Positions 17,535 through 28,082 of a DNA stretch of 64,000 nucleotides are shown here, in pieces. How positions within the stretch are numbered: the stretch's first letter is position 1; each line of letters begins with the position of its first letter. The stretch lies in NCBI GenBank assembly GCA_965246885.1, contig OZ251992.1, positions 704,001 to 768,000 of the forward strand. The letters run 5' to 3'. Below the pieces are notes generated by a model. That model did no database searches. It was not told the origin of the DNA and saw only the letters and a list, made by a program, of their open reading frames with translations. The stretch comes from Abditibacterium sp. GTDB lineage: Bacteria; Armatimonadota; Abditibacteriia; Abditibacteriales; Abditibacteriaceae. The position numbers and the translations under genes are program-made.

Positions 17535-19783
17535 GCCAACCTCCGCAACGCCTCGACCAGCGCGTTCCCGTCAAAGGCGCTTTTGATGATGTAAGCATCC
17601 GCGCCCGCTTCCGCGCCGCGCAAGCGGTCTGCCTCCGAACCCAGCGACGTTACGAGCAGAACCGGCATCTCCGCGTATTGGGCCTCCTCCCGTATCCGCG
17701 CGGTCAGCGCCAAGCCGTTCAAGCGCGGCATCTCGATGTCGGAAACGACCGCGTCAAAACTCCCCGCCGCCAACTTCTCCCAGCCGTCGAGACCGTCAAC
17801 GGCGACCGTGACGTCATACCCCGCCGCTTCCAGAATCCGCTTTTCTTGCGTGCGCACCGTAATGGAGTCCTCGACGAGCAACACGCTTTTGGGGCGCGGC
17901 GCGTCGGGCGCGGGGATGGGCTGAGGCGCGCTCCCCCGTGTCGCGCGGTGCAGGAGTTCGGCGGCATCGAGCACGAGGCACACCTCGCCGTCTTGCAGAA
18001 TCGTCGCACCCGCGACGTGCGGCACCCGGTCGGCAAGCGCGCCGAGTGGCTTGAGGATGATTTCCTGCTCCTCTAACAGGGCATCCAATATCAACCCCGC
18101 GCGCTCCTGCCCCACTTCTAAGACCACGCACGGCGCGGCGCCTTGCGGCTGCGATGGCAAACCGAGCACGTCCGATAAGCGCGCGAGCGATGTCGGCGCG
18201 CCGTTCCACAAGACCGTGTCGCGCCCGCCAAACGGAAACACATCTTCCGGCGCCAAACGAAACAGGCCGCGCACCGCCTCAATGGGTAGGCCGAAGGTTT
18301 GCCCCGCTCCGGCGCGCACCAGCAGCACCCGCGTCGTTGCCAGAGTGACCGGCAAGGACAGCCGAAACAGGCAGCCGCGCCCCGGATGGGACTCGACTTC
18401 CACCGTTCCGCGCAAGCGCGCCACCCCTGCGCGCACGATGTCCAACCCCACGCCGCGCCCCGATAGCTCCGACACTTCCGCGCGCGTCGAAAAGCCGGGA
18501 GCGAAGATTAGCTCGATGATCTCGCGCGTGGTCAGGGCGTCGAGTTCCGCTTCGCTTCGCAGCCCTTTACGCGCCGCCGAAGCGCGAATCGCCGCCGCGT
18601 TGAGGCCGCGCCCGTCGTCTTCGACTTCGACCACAATGCGCTGCGCCGTGCTGTATCCGCGCAGTCGCAGCGTCGCCGTTTCGGGTTTGCCGGTGTGGGC
18701 GCGCTCTTCGGGCGATTCCAAACCGTGATCAACCGCGTTGCGAATCAGGTGCATGAGCGGGTCTTTAAGGGCTTCCAGTATCCGCTTGTCGGCGTGCGTG
18801 TCGCCGCCTTCGACTTCGAGGCGCACCGCTTTATTAGCCGTGCGCCCCAAATCGCGCACGGTGCGCGGAAACAGGCCAAAGAGCGTGGCCAAGGGCAAGA
18901 GGCGCACGCCGCGAATGGCGGCTTCCATCTGCCCGACGACAGTCGCCATTCTGTCCAAGTCGCCGCCCGCGATGCCCAAACGCCCCAACGCGCCGTCCAA
19001 TTGTTCGAGCCGCTCGCTTTGCGCTTGCACCAACCGCTCCAATTCGCGGAGCGCCCGCGCGTCGCCGGGAGCGTCGGGCGTGCTCATCAGTTCGCGCAGC
19101 GTGCGTTTGGCCGCCGAGGTCGCGCGTCCCCACTCGTCGCGCAACTCTTCGAGCGCCACCAGTTCGCCGCGCCCGCGCACCGCGCGCGACGTGGACACCA
19201 CCAGTTCGCCCGCCATCGAAAGCAGTCCGTCCAACTTCGCGGGGTCAACGCGCATCGTTTCGATGCTCCAGCCCGCGTCCGCCGCCTTCCCGCTCGCAGT
19301 GGCGGACGGCGGCGGAGCGATGGCAGACGTCTGGGGTTCGGCGACAGAGGTTTGGGGTTCAGTGACAGACGTCTGGGGTTCGGCGACAGACGGCGGTGGC
19401 GGAGCGGCGGACGTTTCTCGAAGCGAGCCGAGCAGCGCTGGAACATCCACCGACGCCGGTTGGTCGCCCAGCGCCTGCGCCACCAAAGCGCGCATGCCGT
19501 CCAAGGCGCCGAGCAACCGCTCGACGCTGCCCACCGCCAGAAAACTCTGTCCGCGCGCCGCCGCGCCGAGGGCGTCCTCGAAGCCGTGCGCAAGCGTTTC
19601 CACTTCGCTTAGACCCAACATCCGCGCCGCGCCCTTGAGCGAGTGCGCATGCCGAAAGACATCCGCGAGCGTCGCATTATCCTGCGGGTCGCTTTCCAGA
19701 CGCAACAACCCCTCGTCGAGGTGCTGCAAATGCTCCTCGCTTTCGGCGCCAAATAAAGCGCGCAGTTCGCGGTCGAGAATCAT
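17531..19783 (-). CDS. cheA: Hybrid CheA kinase Hpt-HATPase-CheW-REC (WspE-like)
   Basis: FRHAHSLKGAA, HLIRNAVDHG, DDGRG, SGRGVGLD, CheW domain, C-terminal REC. Confidence 0.95.
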   Translation of the reverse strand: MILDRELRALFGAESEEHLQHLDEGLLRLESDPQDNATLADVFRHAHSLKGAARMLGLSEVETLAHGFEDALGAAARGQSFLAVGSVERLLGALDGMRALVAQALGDQPASVDVPALLGSLRETSAAPPPPSVAEPQTSVTEPQTSVAEPQTSAIAPPPSATASGKAADAGWSIETMRVDPAKLDGLLSMAGELVVSTSRAVRGRGELVALEELRDEWGRATSAAKRTLRELMSTPDAPGDARALRELERLVQAQSERLEQLDGALGRLGIAGGDLDRMATVVGQMEAAIRGVRLLPLATLFGLFPRTVRDLGRTANKAVRLEVEGGDTHADKRILEALKDPLMHLIRNAVDHGLESPEERAHTGKPETATLRLRGYSTAQRIVVEVEDDGRGLNAAAIRASAARKGLRSEAELDALTTREIIELIFAPGFSTRAEVSELSGRGVGLDIVRAGVARLRGTVEVESHPGRGCLFRLSLPVTLATTRVLLVRAGAGQTFGLPIEAVRGLFRLAPEDVFPFGGRDTVLWNGAPTSLARLSDVLGLPSQPQGAAPCVVLEVGQERAGLILDALLEEQEIILKPLGALADRVPHVAGATILQDGEVCLVLDAAELLHRATRGSAPQPIPAPDAPRPKSVLLVEDSITVRTQEKRILEAAGYDVTVAVDGLDGWEKLAAGSFDAVVSDIEMPRLNGLALTARIREEAQYAEMPVLLVTSLGSEADRLRGAEAGADAYIIKSAFDGNALVEALRRLA
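19321..19391. repeat. 21-bp-phased array in frame within the cheA linker
   Basis: TGGCAGACGTCTGGGG / CGACAGAGGTTTGGGG / TGACAGACGTCTGGGG / CGACAGAC; encodes (SVxEPQT)x3. Confidence 0.9.
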
Positions 19784-19808
19784 GGGACGAATAAGAAGTT
19801 GGATGCCA

Positions 19809-19849
19809 GAGGTTAGAGGTTAGATTGCGTGATTCTAACCTCTAACCTC
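19809..19849. repeat. Inverted heptamer repeat hairpin between MCP and cheA
   Basis: GAGGTTAGAGGTTAGA-N9-TCTAACCTCTAACCTC, perfect 16-bp arms built from AGAGGTT units. Confidence 0.85.
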
Positions 19850-19868
19850 CGACTTCTGTCCTCTGGAG

Positions 19869-21362
19869 CTAAACCATCGCTTGCAATTGACTCGCGGCGT
19901 CGCGCAGGTGGCGCACGCTTTCCTTGGTTTGGCCCAGTCCGTCGGCGGTTTCTTTGGCGCCGCGATTGATGGACTCCATCGCTATCAGCACTTGCTTGAC
20001 CGCCGCGACCTGTTGCGGGACAGCGAGCAGAGTTTGCTGGGCCGCTTCGCTCGCGGTGTTGGAATCGCGCACGATGCCGCCAAAGGAGTGCGCGGTCGCT
20101 TCAGCCAAGCGGATGTCGGCTTCGACGGCTTTGGCGCCCGCTTCGGTCGCCATCACGGTCGAATCGGTGGAACGCTTGATTTCCTCGACGAGGGCACCGA
20201 TGCGCTCGGCGCTCCGCTTGCTTTCGTCGGCCAACTTGCGGATTTCGGCGGCCACCACGCCAAAACCTTTGCCGTGCTCGCCTGCGCGGGCGGCTTCGAC
20301 GGCGGCGTTGAGGGCGAGCATATTGGTTTGGTTGGCCAAATCGCCGACGGCGCGGGTGATGGCGCCGATCTGCCCGGTTTGTTCGGACAAATTGGCGATT
20401 TGCTCGGACACGGTGCTGACTTTGGTTTTGAGGGCGCGCATGCCGTCGAGCGTTTGGCGAACCGTGTCCAGCCCTCCTTCGGCACTCGTGGCGGCTTGTT
20501 GGGCGGTTTGGGCGGCAGTTTTAACCATCTCGGCGGTCTGGTGGAACGAGGCGTCCAGTTCGTCCATCGTCGTGGTAGTCTGGTGGACGGCGGCGCTTTG
20601 ACCTACTGCCGTGCGCTCGTGTTGCTCGACCGTCGCCGCCATTTGCGCGGACGTGGTCGAAAGCGCGTTGACCGTGCCGTTGAGTGCGCCAGCAATGGAG
20701 CGGCCCAACAGGGTGCCCAACCCCAGTCCGATGGGGCCGACGAGCGCAAGCGCGAGTAGCGTCAGCCAAAGAGTGCGCGAGGCAATGGCATTGCGCGCTT
20801 CGTCCTCGACGTGGATATTATAGGTGTTGGCGCTTTGAACGACGTGGTCAATGGCGGCGCGGTGGCGCTCGTAGGAGCTTTGCAACGGCCCGCTCACCAA
20901 CTGCCGTGCGCGCGCATAATTGCCGCTTTGCACGGCAGGCAGAAGCTCGCGGTCACGCACGTCGAAGAACTCTTGCGCGGGGCCGTACGATTCTTCGAGG
21001 AGCGCCCGCGCCATCGGCGTGTCCCGCACCAATTCGTTCTTGCGCCAGAATTCGTGGCGCGCGTTGTAATCGTCGTGCAGCGATTTGGCGCGCTTTTGAA
21101 GGTCGGGCAGTTGCGCGCGGTTGGACGGCTCGGCCATCTGGAGCGTCACCAGATACGACTCCAAGATGTATTCGGGCGGTGGGAGCACGTCCGCGATGAT
21201 GTCTTTGCCCGCCACGATCCGTTGGTAGTACGGCCCGTTCACCTTGAGCGCGCCCAGCGTCGAGAACGCCACCGCCGCGAAGAGGGCCAAGCCCGCCACA
21301 AACGCCCCGACGAGGAGCGCGAGTTTGCCTTTCACCGTCCAATGCTTAAATGAAGTCAACAT
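19869..21362 (-). CDS. Methyl-accepting chemotaxis protein (WspA-like)
   Basis: Two TMs around a helical sensor; [34 protein letters not shown] hairpin tip. Confidence 0.95.
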   Translation of the reverse strand: MLTSFKHWTVKGKLALLVGAFVAGLALFAAVAFSTLGALKVNGPYYQRIVAGKDIIADVLPPPEYILESYLVTLQMAEPSNRAQLPDLQKRAKSLHDDYNARHEFWRKNELVRDTPMARALLEESYGPAQEFFDVRDRELLPAVQSGNYARARQLVSGPLQSSYERHRAAIDHVVQSANTYNIHVEDEARNAIASRTLWLTLLALALVGPIGLGLGTLLGRSIAGALNGTVNALSTTSAQMAATVEQHERTAVGQSAAVHQTTTTMDELDASFHQTAEMVKTAAQTAQQAATSAEGGLDTVRQTLDGMRALKTKVSTVSEQIANLSEQTGQIGAITRAVGDLANQTNMLALNAAVEAARAGEHGKGFGVVAAEIRKLADESKRSAERIGALVEEIKRSTDSTVMATEAGAKAVEADIRLAEATAHSFGGIVRDSNTASEAAQQTLLAVPQQVAAVKQVLIAMESINRGAKETADGLGQTKESVRHLRDAASQLQAMV

Positions 21363-21427
21363 GCTGTTCTCCTCGCTAACAAGGTGTTGGCCAATTCGGT
21401 AGGTTTAAGGGTTGTTCTTGGAGGGTG

Positions 21428-21667
21428 TTAATAAACGCATCCCTCTTCAAGGGGCCAAGGCGGGTCGCAGTGCAGCAGTTGGCCCCCGAACATATTGGCG
21501 AGCGCGCGAGCGCGTGTTTCTTCGGGATGAGGGTCACTTGTTGGAATGTCGGGTATGTCACGCGCCCCGTTGAGGCAGCGCGCGACGTGTTCGTTCGCGC
21601 ACTCCCACTCGCCCGTCTCGTCGTCGGAGATAGCGACCCATTTGCCGATACGGATGATGGCGCTCAT
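21428..21667 (-). CDS. Small hypothetical protein (79 aa) inside the chemosensory operon
   Basis: ATG ORF filling the gap between cheW and MCP on the operon strand; protein-like composition. Confidence 0.55.
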   Translation of the reverse strand: MSAIIRIGKWVAISDDETGEWECANEHVARCLNGARDIPDIPTSDPHPEETRARALANMFGGQLLHCDPPWPLEEGCVY

Positions 21668-21700
21668 GGTTTCTGCTCGGCGCTTCCTTTAAGTAAGTGT

Positions 21701-22753
21701 TTACGTCGCAACCGCCGCTCCGCCCCAACCCGCGCGCGCCAAGAGGGGCGCCAAGTCGAGAATGGCGAGGGTTTGGCCGCCGTAAGATGCGGCGGCGCGC
21801 ACGCTTTCTCCGCCCGCGTTAGCGCCCGATGGTGCCGCCATCAGTTCGCTCGCCGGGGGCGACCACACGCCGAGCACGTCTTCGACGGCCAAGCCAAGAG
21901 GGGCGCCGCCGCTTTCGACAAAGGCGATGTGCGCACCCGCGTCGCCGCCGGTGGGAAGCCCCAAGGCACCGCGCAAATCCAGCAGGGGCACGACTTCGCC
22001 GCGCCGGTTGACGAGGCCCAGCAAGTCGGGCGGCCCGCCGGGGACGGGGGTGACGTGCGGGGTCGCCGCGAACTCGCGCACGCCCTCCAAAGGAAGACCG
22101 AACGTTTCGCCGCCCAAGCGCACCGCGACAAACGAAGTGACGCGCTCGTTGGACGGCGAGGCAGTGGTTGGCGCGCGCAAAACCCGCGCTCGCTCGCGCC
22201 AAAGGGCGCGCTCGTCGGGTGACGCGTCGGGGCAAAAGGGGCGGGCGGGCGCCGCGCCATCGGCCTCGCCACGCGCCGCGAAGCCGAGCAAAGACCCCGC
22301 ATCGAGCACGCGCACCAGTTCCCCCTCGACGCGCGCCACCCCCGCGCCCCCACCCGTCGGGGCAAGTTCGATGTCACCCGGCGCAATGGCTCGCACTTCG
22401 CGTACCCGCTCGACGATCAAGCCCAAAGCAGCGCTGTCGCTTTGGATGACGATGACGTTGTCCGTCGTTTCAAAGCGGCGCGGCGCGGCCCCGCTCACTT
22501 CTCCCAAGTCCACAACGGGCAGCAAGCGCCCGCGCACATCGAGAACCCCGACCCACCCCGGCGCTCCATCAACGGGCGTTGCTTCGGGCAAGGGCAAAAC
22601 TTCGCCGACCGCACTCGCGGGCAAGGCAGTTAGCAAACCGCGCGACTCGAACAATAAGTAAGGCGTTTCGTCGCCGCTTGGCGGGGCTATAGGCGCCGCG
22701 CGAAACGCGCTCTTAGAAGAAGGGCGCGGGTGGTTGCCATTGAGATGGTTCAT
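21701..22753 (-). CDS. cheW: Tandem double CheW protein
   Basis: Two CheW domains (GVLDVRGRLLPVVDL; GLVNRRGEVVPLLDL); ATGA overlap with the cheR stop. Confidence 0.9.
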   Translation of the reverse strand: MNHLNGNHPRPSSKSAFRAAPIAPPSGDETPYLLFESRGLLTALPASAVGEVLPLPEATPVDGAPGWVGVLDVRGRLLPVVDLGEVSGAAPRRFETTDNVIVIQSDSAALGLIVERVREVRAIAPGDIELAPTGGGAGVARVEGELVRVLDAGSLLGFAARGEADGAAPARPFCPDASPDERALWRERARVLRAPTTASPSNERVTSFVAVRLGGETFGLPLEGVREFAATPHVTPVPGGPPDLLGLVNRRGEVVPLLDLRGALGLPTGGDAGAHIAFVESGGAPLGLAVEDVLGVWSPPASELMAAPSGANAGGESVRAAASYGGQTLAILDLAPLLARAGWGGAAVAT

Positions 22754-24105
22754 GGTAAGGTGTGTCCCGTTGCTGGAGAAAGCAACGCTTGCAGATGGGT
22801 TTCGAGCGCGTCGTTGGCCGTGCCGCGCACCAGTTCCAGCGCGTGCGCCCATAGTTGCCGCGCCCGCGCGCCGTTGCCCTCGCGTTGATACAAGGCGCCC
22901 AATTCGGCATACGCTTCGGCTTCGGAGGGAGCGAGGTAAATCCCTTTGCGGAGCAACGTTTTCGCTTGCTCAAAGTCGGCCTGTTCAATGGCGACGCGCG
23001 CCCAGAGCAGGTGGGCGCCGACGTGCGCGGCGTCGGTTGCGAGCGCGCTTCGACAACACCGCGCTGCGTCTTCGTGCCGTCCGGCATCAGCGTGGGCGCC
23101 CGCATCGGCAAGCCATTCGTCGGCGCTCTTGCATGGGCAGGGCACCGTCGGAGTGGGGAGTTCGCGGGGCGCGGGCGCCGCTTCGATGGCGCGCGGCGCC
23201 AAGACGGGGGGCGCGGGACGCGTTGCGGCGTCCTTTTGATAAACGAGCGACTCCCGAAACAGCCGCACCCGAAGCGGCGCAGGGTTTTGATCGTGCAGTT
23301 CGGCGTGTCCAGTCAACAACAAGCCGCCCGCGCGCAACGTGCGTCCAAAGCGCGCCACCACCCCCGCGAGGGCCGCGCGGTCGAAGTAAATCAACACGTT
23401 GCGGCACACGATCAAGTCCATGTCCGTAAGGCCGCGCGCCGCGTCGGGCCAGTCGCTCGCCGCCAAGTTGCAATGCTCGAACGTCACAGCGTCGCGTAAC
23501 GCCGGAATCGGCTCGAAGCCGCCGGGCGCGGAACGGAAGAAGCGTGCCCGCGTCGTGGTTTCGACACCGCGAAACGACCACTCGCCATACACCCCGCGCC
23601 GCGCCGCTTGCAAGGCGGCGCCGTTGATGTCCGTGCCCCACACGCGCACTTTCCAACCGGGAGGCATCACCGTTTGCGCCGCCATTGCGAGCGAGTAGGC
23701 TTCTTCGCCCGTCGAACAGCCCGCGCTCCACACGCGCAACACGCGCTCGCCGACTGCACTCTTGGCGGCGATGAGTTCGGGCAGGAGCGTATCGCGCAAT
23801 AGGGCGAACTGCCCCCGGTCGCGCTCGAAGTACGATTCGCCGTTGGTTAAAAGCGGCATCAAATGCGCCCACTCAACGCTTTGCGTGTCTCCCCGTTCTA
23901 ATAAAGCGAGGTAAACACGCGCATCCATTCCCAACGCCGCGCGCCGCGCCGCCAATTGCGCCGCGAGCGCGTCTTGGTCTTTGACGCGGATGTGTAAGCC
24001 CGTGCGCGCGCTGAGCAGGGCGTGAAACTCTTCGATGAAAAAATCGCCTGACGCACCGTTTGCCGACACGAGGTTGGGCGAGGCACTTGTTTTATAGAGT
24101 GACAT
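22750..24105 (-). CDS. cheR: CheR methyltransferase with C-terminal TPR (WspC-like)
   Basis: TNGESYFER, RVWSAGCSTGEEAYSLA, GTDIN, DLIVCRNVLIYF, TPRs; start placed at ATG 24105. Confidence 0.93.
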   Translation of the reverse strand: MSLYKTSASPNLVSANGASGDFFIEEFHALLSARTGLHIRVKDQDALAAQLAARRAALGMDARVYLALLERGDTQSVEWAHLMPLLTNGESYFERDRGQFALLRDTLLPELIAAKSAVGERVLRVWSAGCSTGEEAYSLAMAAQTVMPPGWKVRVWGTDINGAALQAARRGVYGEWSFRGVETTTRARFFRSAPGGFEPIPALRDAVTFEHCNLAASDWPDAARGLTDMDLIVCRNVLIYFDRAALAGVVARFGRTLRAGGLLLTGHAELHDQNPAPLRVRLFRESLVYQKDAATRPAPPVLAPRAIEAAPAPRELPTPTVPCPCKSADEWLADAGAHADAGRHEDAARCCRSALATDAAHVGAHLLWARVAIEQADFEQAKTLLRKGIYLAPSEAEAYAELGALYQREGNGARARQLWAHALELVRGTANDALETHLQALLSPATGHTLP

Positions 24106-24195
24106 TGTGTCAACTGGGATGAAACCGTTTGTGGCGCCTCTGCTTTGCGAGCCGACAGTGGCCCCTAAATTGAAAGCCTTGGCGCTAAAACCTTC

Positions 24196-25353
24196 ATGCC
24201 TCCTGAATTTTTGCCTCCCGCCGCGCCGTTTCGTGCGCGCATCGTCATCGCCGACGATTCGCGCACGCAGGCCACGTTGCTCCACCACCTATTGCAACAA
24301 AACGGCTATGAAGTTTTCTCCGGGGCCGATGGGCAAGAAGCCCTCGACGCCGTGACGCAGCACCAACCGGACATCGTGATTTCCGACATCCTGATGCCGG
24401 TCATGGACGGCTACGAACTGTGCCAACGCCTCAAGGCCGATCCGGTCGCCGCTCAAACGCCGGTGATCCTGCTCACTGCGCTCAACGACCCCACCGACAT
24501 CGTGCGCGGCCTGCAAGCGGGCGCCGATTATTACCTGACCAAACCGTTCTCCTCTCCTTATTTGTTGTCCACCGTCGCCGGGGTGTTGGCACGGCCAGAC
24601 ACAAGCGGGCAGGGCGAAGACGCGCTCGAAGTCGAAGTGAACGGCGAACGCTATCTTATCCGTTCGGGCCGCCAACAAATGCTGAATCTGCTGCTTTCGA
24701 CCTACGGCAGCGCCGTCGAACAGAATCAGGAACTCCTGCGCGCGCAGCATGAACTGCGCACCCTCAACGACAAGCTGCTCGCACAAAAAACACAAATCGA
24801 GGCCCAGCAACGCGAACTGCGCGAAGCGAACATCCGCTTGCACCGCGAAGCGACGCGCGATTCCCTCACCGGTCTTCGCAACCGCCGCGCTTTTACCGAG
24901 CGCTTGCACGAGGAAGTGGATCGCGCCCGCCGCCGCAACGAACCGCTTTCCTTAGTGATGCTCGACGTGGACAGCTTTAAAAGTTTCAACGATACCTACG
25001 GTCACCCGGCGGGCGACGAGGTGTTGCAGGAAGTCGCGCGCCGCTTGGAACATCACGCCCGCGTCAGCGACTTCGCCGCCCGCTACGGCGGCGAAGAGTT
25101 TACGCTTCTACTCCCCGACACCGACGGCCCCACCGCCCTCCGCGTTGCCGAACGGTTGCGCGAAACCGTCGCCGCCATGCCTTGGCCCCGCCGCCCCATC
25201 ACCATCTCCATCGGCATCGCCACCTTTTCCGCCAACACCCCCACCCACGACGACCTCACCGTCCTCATCGCCCGCGCCGACGCCGCGCTGTATGCTTCTA
25301 AAAACGCGGGGAGGAATAGGAGTACGCACGCGGATGAGGTGAACAGTAATTAA
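24196..25353 (+). CDS. REC-coiled-coil-GGDEF diguanylate cyclase (WspR/PleD-like)
   Basis: REC with DILMP and YLTKP; DSLTGLRNRR, FNDTYGH, RVSD I-site, RYGGEEF. Confidence 0.93.
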   Translation: MPPEFLPPAAPFRARIVIADDSRTQATLLHHLLQQNGYEVFSGADGQEALDAVTQHQPDIVISDILMPVMDGYELCQRLKADPVAAQTPVILLTALNDPTDIVRGLQAGADYYLTKPFSSPYLLSTVAGVLARPDTSGQGEDALEVEVNGERYLIRSGRQQMLNLLLSTYGSAVEQNQELLRAQHELRTLNDKLLAQKTQIEAQQRELREANIRLHREATRDSLTGLRNRRAFTERLHEEVDRARRRNEPLSLVMLDVDSFKSFNDTYGHPAGDEVLQEVARRLEHHARVSDFAARYGGEEFTLLLPDTDGPTALRVAERLRETVAAMPWPRRPITISIGIATFSANTPTHDDLTVLIARADAALYASKNAGRNRSTHADEVNSN

Positions 25354-25358
25354 GGAGG

Positions 25359-25784
25359 TTAACATCCGCTCGATAACGCGAGCAAACCGAACCAAGCCGC
25401 AAAAAGAAGGCAGAAGGCAGCGGCAACTTGAAAAGACAGTAGCGCAGAGTGAAACGCTTCTGGTTCATCTATGAGCGCTTCTTCCGGCTTCGCCTCCTCA
25501 TATAGCACGCTCACGCGCTGCCCCGGCTGGTAGCTGTTGGAGTTCACGTCAGACCAAAACTTTACCTGCTCGCCTGTCGCCAAGGAAAAGCGCACCGTTG
25601 GATAAGCCCAGCCATCTTTGTCTCTATCCAGCAACACAATTTCGCCGGTTGCTTTCCTGAAGCCCGCCCGCAACTGCTGAAACTTGTGATGTTCGTTCCA
25701 AGCCAACGCGCCAAGCATTAGGCCGCACAAAAGAAAGAAGAGAGCGCAAAACATCATCGGCCCAACTCTATTGTAGCGCACCAC
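25359..25784 (-). CDS. DUF3592-like membrane protein
   Basis: TM-ATGEIV...YPTVRF...YQPGQRVSVLYE...P-TM pattern; start may be 25757. Confidence 0.75.
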   Translation of the reverse strand: MVRYNRVGPMMFCALFFLLCGLMLGALAWNEHHKFQQLRAGFRKATGEIVLLDRDKDGWAYPTVRFSLATGEQVKFWSDVNSNSYQPGQRVSVLYEEAKPEEALIDEPEAFHSALLSFQVAAAFCLLFAAWFGLLALSSGC

Positions 25785-25788
25785 AACG

Positions 25789-25822
25789 CAAAAAGCCCGA
25801 TTCGATTGAGTCGGGCTTTTTG
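25789..25822 (-). terminator. Intrinsic (bidirectional) terminator of the 16S transcript
   Basis: CAAAAAGCCCGA-N10-TCGGGCTTTTTG. Confidence 0.85.
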
Positions 25823-25955
25823 GGTGCGGCCATTATCTGAAAACTGAATAGCGAGATTTGAAGCAAAGGTCAAACTGAAACGAACAAGAGCAAGTGTTTG
25901 GTAAATTTTCGAGTTTTGTCGTTCTGCCCGAAGGCTTACTTGATTTGGACTCCAG

Positions 25956-27463
<1,508 letters not shown>

Positions 27464-27574
27464 AAATGGTGGTGTTGATCTGGAAATCGCTTTCCAGCAC
27501 ACTTCGCTTGACCTTTTGCCTCGCACTTGCATCTATCAAAGCCGATTGCTCGACTTTGGCTTGTTCGTAAAAAC

Positions 27575-27607
27575 GCTTCAAATCCACTATTCAGTTTTCA
27601 AAGAACG
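27575..27607 (-). promoter_or_regulatory. rRNA leader boxA-like element and 5' arm of the processing stem
   Basis: Minus strand GTTCTTTGAAAACTGAATAGTGGATTTGAAGC; complementary arm in the trailer at 25838-25864. Confidence 0.75.
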
Positions 27608-27668
27608 CGCCGCAATTCACGTTGTTGGCTCCTCATCGGGAGCGCCTCTTCGCAAAGGGCAAGGAGAA

Positions 27669-27698
27669 ATTTTACCGTCTCCGGCCTTCCTTTGTCAA
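27669..27698 (-). promoter_or_regulatory. rRNA promoter P2
   Basis: TTGACA-N18-TAAAAT on the minus strand. Confidence 0.7.
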
Positions 27699-27861
27699 CC
27701 CCTTCTCGCCAATTATTTTTTCGGCGTGTCGTAGTTGGCTCGGTTGGGCTTTTATTTAACGGACTGTCTTTCTCTTGGTTCCACCCGGTTTGGAAATTTT
27801 TTCGGCGCTTTAGCTGACTTTGTCAGTTGCTTTGGCGCCTTTCCATTTGGGGCAACGGGAG

Positions 27862-27889
27862 ATTATACGGGATTTTCCGGCCAGCGCAA
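27862..27889 (-). promoter_or_regulatory. rRNA promoter P1
   Basis: TTGCGC-N16-TATAAT on the minus strand; 16-nt spacer is typical of rrn promoters. Confidence 0.65.
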
Positions 27890-27948
27890 GTCCTTCCGCC
27901 GAAAATTCCCAGATTTATTTTTTCCGCCCGCCGCTATCGGCGAGTCGG

Positions 27949-28082
27949 TGACAGACGTGCGGGAACGGGCGAACGCCGTCCGACACCCATTCCCAGACGT
28001 CGGTGACCGGATGACAGGCAGCGTTCGCCCGTTCCCGCACGTCTGTCATTCGTCGGCGCGCGTCTGTCATCCGTCGGCGCGG
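27949..28082. repeat. 21-bp-phased mosaic array containing a perfect 28-bp inverted repeat
   Basis: Units at 27949, 27970, 27991, 28012, 28033, 28054, 28075; 27949-27976 is the exact reverse complement of 28021-28048. Confidence 0.9.

Noticed and set aside
25823..25955. tRNA in the 16S trailer
   Set aside because: No cloverleaf or TTCGA T-loop; region is explained by the processing stem
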